Below are positions 60,226-64,000 of a DNA stretch of 64,000 nucleotides, piece after piece. A model generated the notes under the pieces. The model had not been told where the DNA came from. It saw only the letters and a list, made by a program, of their open reading frames with translations, and made no database searches. Every line of letters starts with the position of its first letter. The first letter of the stretch is position 1. This DNA is from Magallana gigas (Eukaryota): assembly GCF_963853765.1 (NCBI RefSeq), contig NC_088861.1, positions 21,548,281-21,612,280 of the forward strand, given 5' to 3'. Made by a program: the position numbers and the translations under genes.

Positions 60226-62595
60226 AACTGACATACTGTCTTTCCTCTCTTAAATTGCATTTGATATTCATTCAAATTTGAACATATTTAAAGAACAGAA
60301 TTTAGCCCTTGTCGATCCCCATGCCATCACCTGAGACTGTGCAAAGAGTAATAACATCTTTATTTTGATATATAGTCTCTCCTCTTACTGTGTATTGGTG
60401 CCCTTACGACAGAACCCCTGTTTTTGGTGTCATAAATCTTTAAATATTGTCAAATTTTATTCAATGTCAACAGAAATTAAGAATAGAATTTTTTAAACAT
60501 TATTTACAAAATATTACACAACATTTTGGCCCCACCTGGGAGTCAGACACCCTATAACAAGGATTACGAAATCTGCACTTTTACATTTTTGGTAATGTTT
60601 AAAGCAAAACCAATTTTTAATATAATATACAATAACTAGTATACTGTATGACCAGTTTAGCCCCGCTCTGGAATCAGGACCCTTGCCTTAGGAGTCTTGA
60701 AATTTACAATATTAGTATATAGCTTTTTAGTCTTTCTATTCAGTTTCCACTCAGTTTCAGCAGAGATAAAGTGGATTATGATTGTGTTCATAACCATGTT
60801 TGAACAAACCCCTTAGCAGGACGACTGTGTATCTAAGATATGTGGGTAATTGCGTTCATGCACACACATCTTCGAGCATTCTAAGATTTCTTTCCATTCA
60901 ACAAACGTACCTTCTAACCAGCGCTTGGTTTCCATGACTTCACTTTGTAAATCTGCCAATAATATATGTCCTGGGACTGACAAAATCACCATTGAAATGG
61001 CAAATAATGCTGCATGACGCACCTTCCTAAAAAAAGAGAAATATAGACCTCATTCAAAAGTATATCTAATAACACCTTATCTTTTATGTAAACTTATTAG
61101 GTAAAAATTTTTTAAAATATTTCTATGCTCAGAAATTTTGAGGCTACTTTAAAAATCGAAATAAATTCTCATCTGAAAAACAATTTGTATTATTAGCCCC
61201 TGACCTGAAAATTGGTGATTTCGTAAAACGGACAGAAGAATCTTTACTCAGTGGGATTTTGTACTCATGTTTTAATTTGTTGTATTCAAATATTAATGAA
61301 AATAATAATTATAACTAGAACTGTCCTAATGGGACTAATACCCCCGCTAGGCTAATTTCAAATGGGACAAATAATTGAATTGAATAATAATTAAGGTTTG
61401 GAACACATACAAAAAAAAATTCTAGAATTGTAAAAAAAAAAAAAATAGTTAACAAAGAAAAATTAAAATCAAAATTGTCAGAATTTCACTGTAAATACAT
61501 ATCTATAACAGTAATACATTTACAAATGTATGTATTTGATGATATATTTTTTTTATTTAATTGATTTAAAGAAAAACCAACAAAATGACAATAACCCCTC
61601 CCTTTGCAGTGAATAGAAATACTGGTAGCCAAGCAATGCTCTTCTGTTGATAAAACTTTCAATATCTTTCTAATAAGAGTCTTGACAGATGCAATTAGTT
61701 GTTTCAAATTTTCCTCACTTTCTCCTATGGCACAATTGAACTCCATATCAGAAAATTGATCCCATAGGACTATGATTTTCTTTGATGAGCTTGTTAAATT
61801 TAATAAACTCCCAAAACATTACCATAATTACCATACTATGTAAAAATATGTAAAAAAGAAAATTTAATATTACAAACAATTTTAAAATTGCCAAAACACT
61901 ACAATCATATCAGTAATTTTGAATTTCATTTAAATTAATGCCCAATAGGGTCACTTCATCAAATTACTTGACAAATAAATTTAAACAACCTCTAAAAATA
62001 GTTTAACTTCTTTATTAATAATTATATTATTTATTTCCTTATAATGATAGACCTTTTGGTTTACATGAAACAGTTTTAAAATAGCCCCAAAACCATCACC
62101 CATTTTACAGATTATCAATTTCCCCTAAACACATGCTCCATCTGAGCCATGGCTCAGATAATGGCTCCCTTGGGACAAATGAATTCAGCCAAACTTGTCT
62201 TTGATGTTCTCATTAGCTCCTAAGAATTTATCATTGACAAACAAAAACTTTGCATTGTCAGTTGATAGAATACTTATAAAAAATAATTATTTTTTTATTA
62301 ATTAAGACATAAAGACAAAAAAAATCCATCTGGATGTATTTATATAAATATATTTTAGAGTGTTTTCTATTAATTAATTAATAAAATCTGTAAGGATTAC
62401 CTCCCTTACTTTTCAACATTAGTGTACAATATATAGAATAAGGAAAATGAATACTGTCATAAACTCATTAAATCTTGTCTGATCTTAAAAAAAATTGCAG
62501 GTGCACATCTTCAGATGGTGTTCAACATATGTACAAATTTTCAAACTGTTCCATGCAGTAATAAAAAATTCTATAGGGGGGACAAAGTTGCGTCT

Positions 62596-62685
62596 ACAGA
62601 CAGACGGACAGACGGACAGACAGACAGACGGACAGACGGACAGGGTGAAACCAATATACCCCCCTAAACTTCGTTTGCGGGGGTA

Positions 62686-62686
<1 letters not shown>
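62596..62686 (+). repeat. Terminal module: (GACR)n microsatellite plus hairpin tataccccc...gggggtata
   Basis: (cagacgga/cagacaga)n followed by aatatacccccc-taaacttcgtttgc-gggggtataactag, then the palindrome ctcgttgcgagcaacgag. Confidence 0.6.
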
Positions 62687-62718
<32 letters not shown>

Positions 62719-63439
62719 GGGTCTTCCGTCCGATTTTAGAAGAGGAAATGACTTTGTCTTTATCTTCATCAACGAAACATATCGGGAAATGCAAATGTGA
62801 TCTAAAAAAGCGATGGATGAAGTATTATACACCCCGTTGGATTCTTGACTTGAGGGATCAGTCCCATTTTATTTCATATCAAATAAAAGGTCTTTTGATT
62901 TCAATACATTTTGTGTAAAAAGTTTAGAAATTTTGTACCGTTCTTGGTATATCTGGAAAAGATCGTGGGAACGGATAACAAACAAGTTTTGGTTGCAGAT
63001 TGTTAACCACATTTTTTTTGCGTATTTTGTTCAATATTGCTTCTTAAAATTGATTTTTTTTAATTTTGGGACGTTGATAATAGATTCGGACTTCTGGCCC
63101 CTTTAAAATCCCTTATTACATAACATAGGAGTAAACAATTTTCATATATGTATATGTACATAACATTTCGATTAACATAATTGCTTCTGTAATGTATTAC
63201 AAAATATTTCACAATGAAAAGTTATGATTAAAAGACTTTAGAGCCTTATCGGCCCCTAATTGAAGAGCCAGTCCCTTTTTCTTGATATGAAAAGAAAGCT
63301 CTTTTCATTTTAAACACATTTTGTTCAATAAGTGTTTAGAAAGTATGTACCGTTCAAGAGATATCTGGAGAAGATCATTTTAAATACAATGAGTCTGTTT
63401 TGTTGAGTTCAAATGGTTGTCTTTGAATAAACATCGTAC

Positions 63440-63640
63440 ATGAAAGGTATAGCTGCTTGAATTGATGACCGTCGGTGCCTGGTGAGATACCAATACTCAC
63501 TGCGTCTATATGTGTTTCATGAATGCCTGGCATTTCGAACGAATGCATCTCAACAGACTAGCGCAAACATTGCATTTTGAAAGAGTGTGTGCGTGAGAGG
63601 GGGAGCATACCGACCTAAAATCATGACGAAAAACAATTTT
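63440..63640 (+). repeat. SINE-like repeat family E, copy 2
   Basis: Shares gatgaccgtcggtgcctggt.agataccaatac.cactgcgt...ggcatttcgaacgaatgcatctc...tagcgcaaacat...ttttgaaagagtgtg. Confidence 0.45.
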
Positions 63641-64000
63641 AAAAAATCAATATAAGCTCACAAATTCCCAAAATCCAGGTCCGTGAAGTTGGGGTGTCGT
63701 ACATTTATATATGAATTTCATCATAATTATATATATGCGTAATTTCCCTAGTTGTCCATAGAAAAAAATAAGGACAGTTCGTTAGAAATTTATATTTCTA
63801 TATTTGATTTCTAGAATAAAATCGATTTTCATTCCAGCTCTTTCTAAGTCATAACATCTTTCATTTCTGCGTATTAAATAGGGTTGTTTTATCAGAGAAT
63901 TCATAACCATCATCCATCCGTTAGCTCTAAAATTGACAAAAGGAGTAACTGTTCGATAAGTTAGAATCAAAATGTCTTTCAATGTTTATAGATTAATCAA

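Overview
This is AT-rich eukaryotic DNA, not prokaryotic: it has GT-AG introns, a pyrimidine-rich leader typical of ribosomal protein genes, an AATAAA signal, LTR retrotransposon structure and nucleosome-sized satellites. The repeat content suggests a bivalve mollusc such as an oyster, but that cannot be proven from sequence alone. The only clear cellular gene is a five-exon 60S ribosomal protein L24 gene on the + strand (17154..33557), whose 5-8 kb introns are packed with repeats. The most striking single element is an apparently intact, very young Ty3/gypsy LTR retrotransposon on the minus strand (39855..49147). It has two 1087-bp LTRs that look identical, a 4-bp flanking duplication, a tRNA primer-binding site, a polypurine tract, gag with a CCHC knuckle and a pol ORF with protease, RT, RNase H and integrase. 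The remaining sequence is largely repeats. These include at least four satellite or tandem arrays (131-bp dimeric, 168-bp, ~128-bp and ~190-bp units), and a foldback-like element whose arms are made of palindromic 65/66-bp subunits. There is also a ~100-bp foldback MITE present four times with 10-bp target duplications, plus several other TIR MITEs with 9-bp, TTA or 4-5-bp duplications. Degraded transposase genes are present: Tc1/mariner, a Mutator-like transposase, a LINE ORF2 tail and a tyrosine recombinase fragment. A recurrent module, tandem array + (GACR)n microsatellite + conserved GC hairpin, looks like the terminus of a family of satellite-carrying non-autonomous elements. No prokaryotic-style system (CRISPR, operons) is present. 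The novel content is the architecture and nesting of the mobile elements and satellites.
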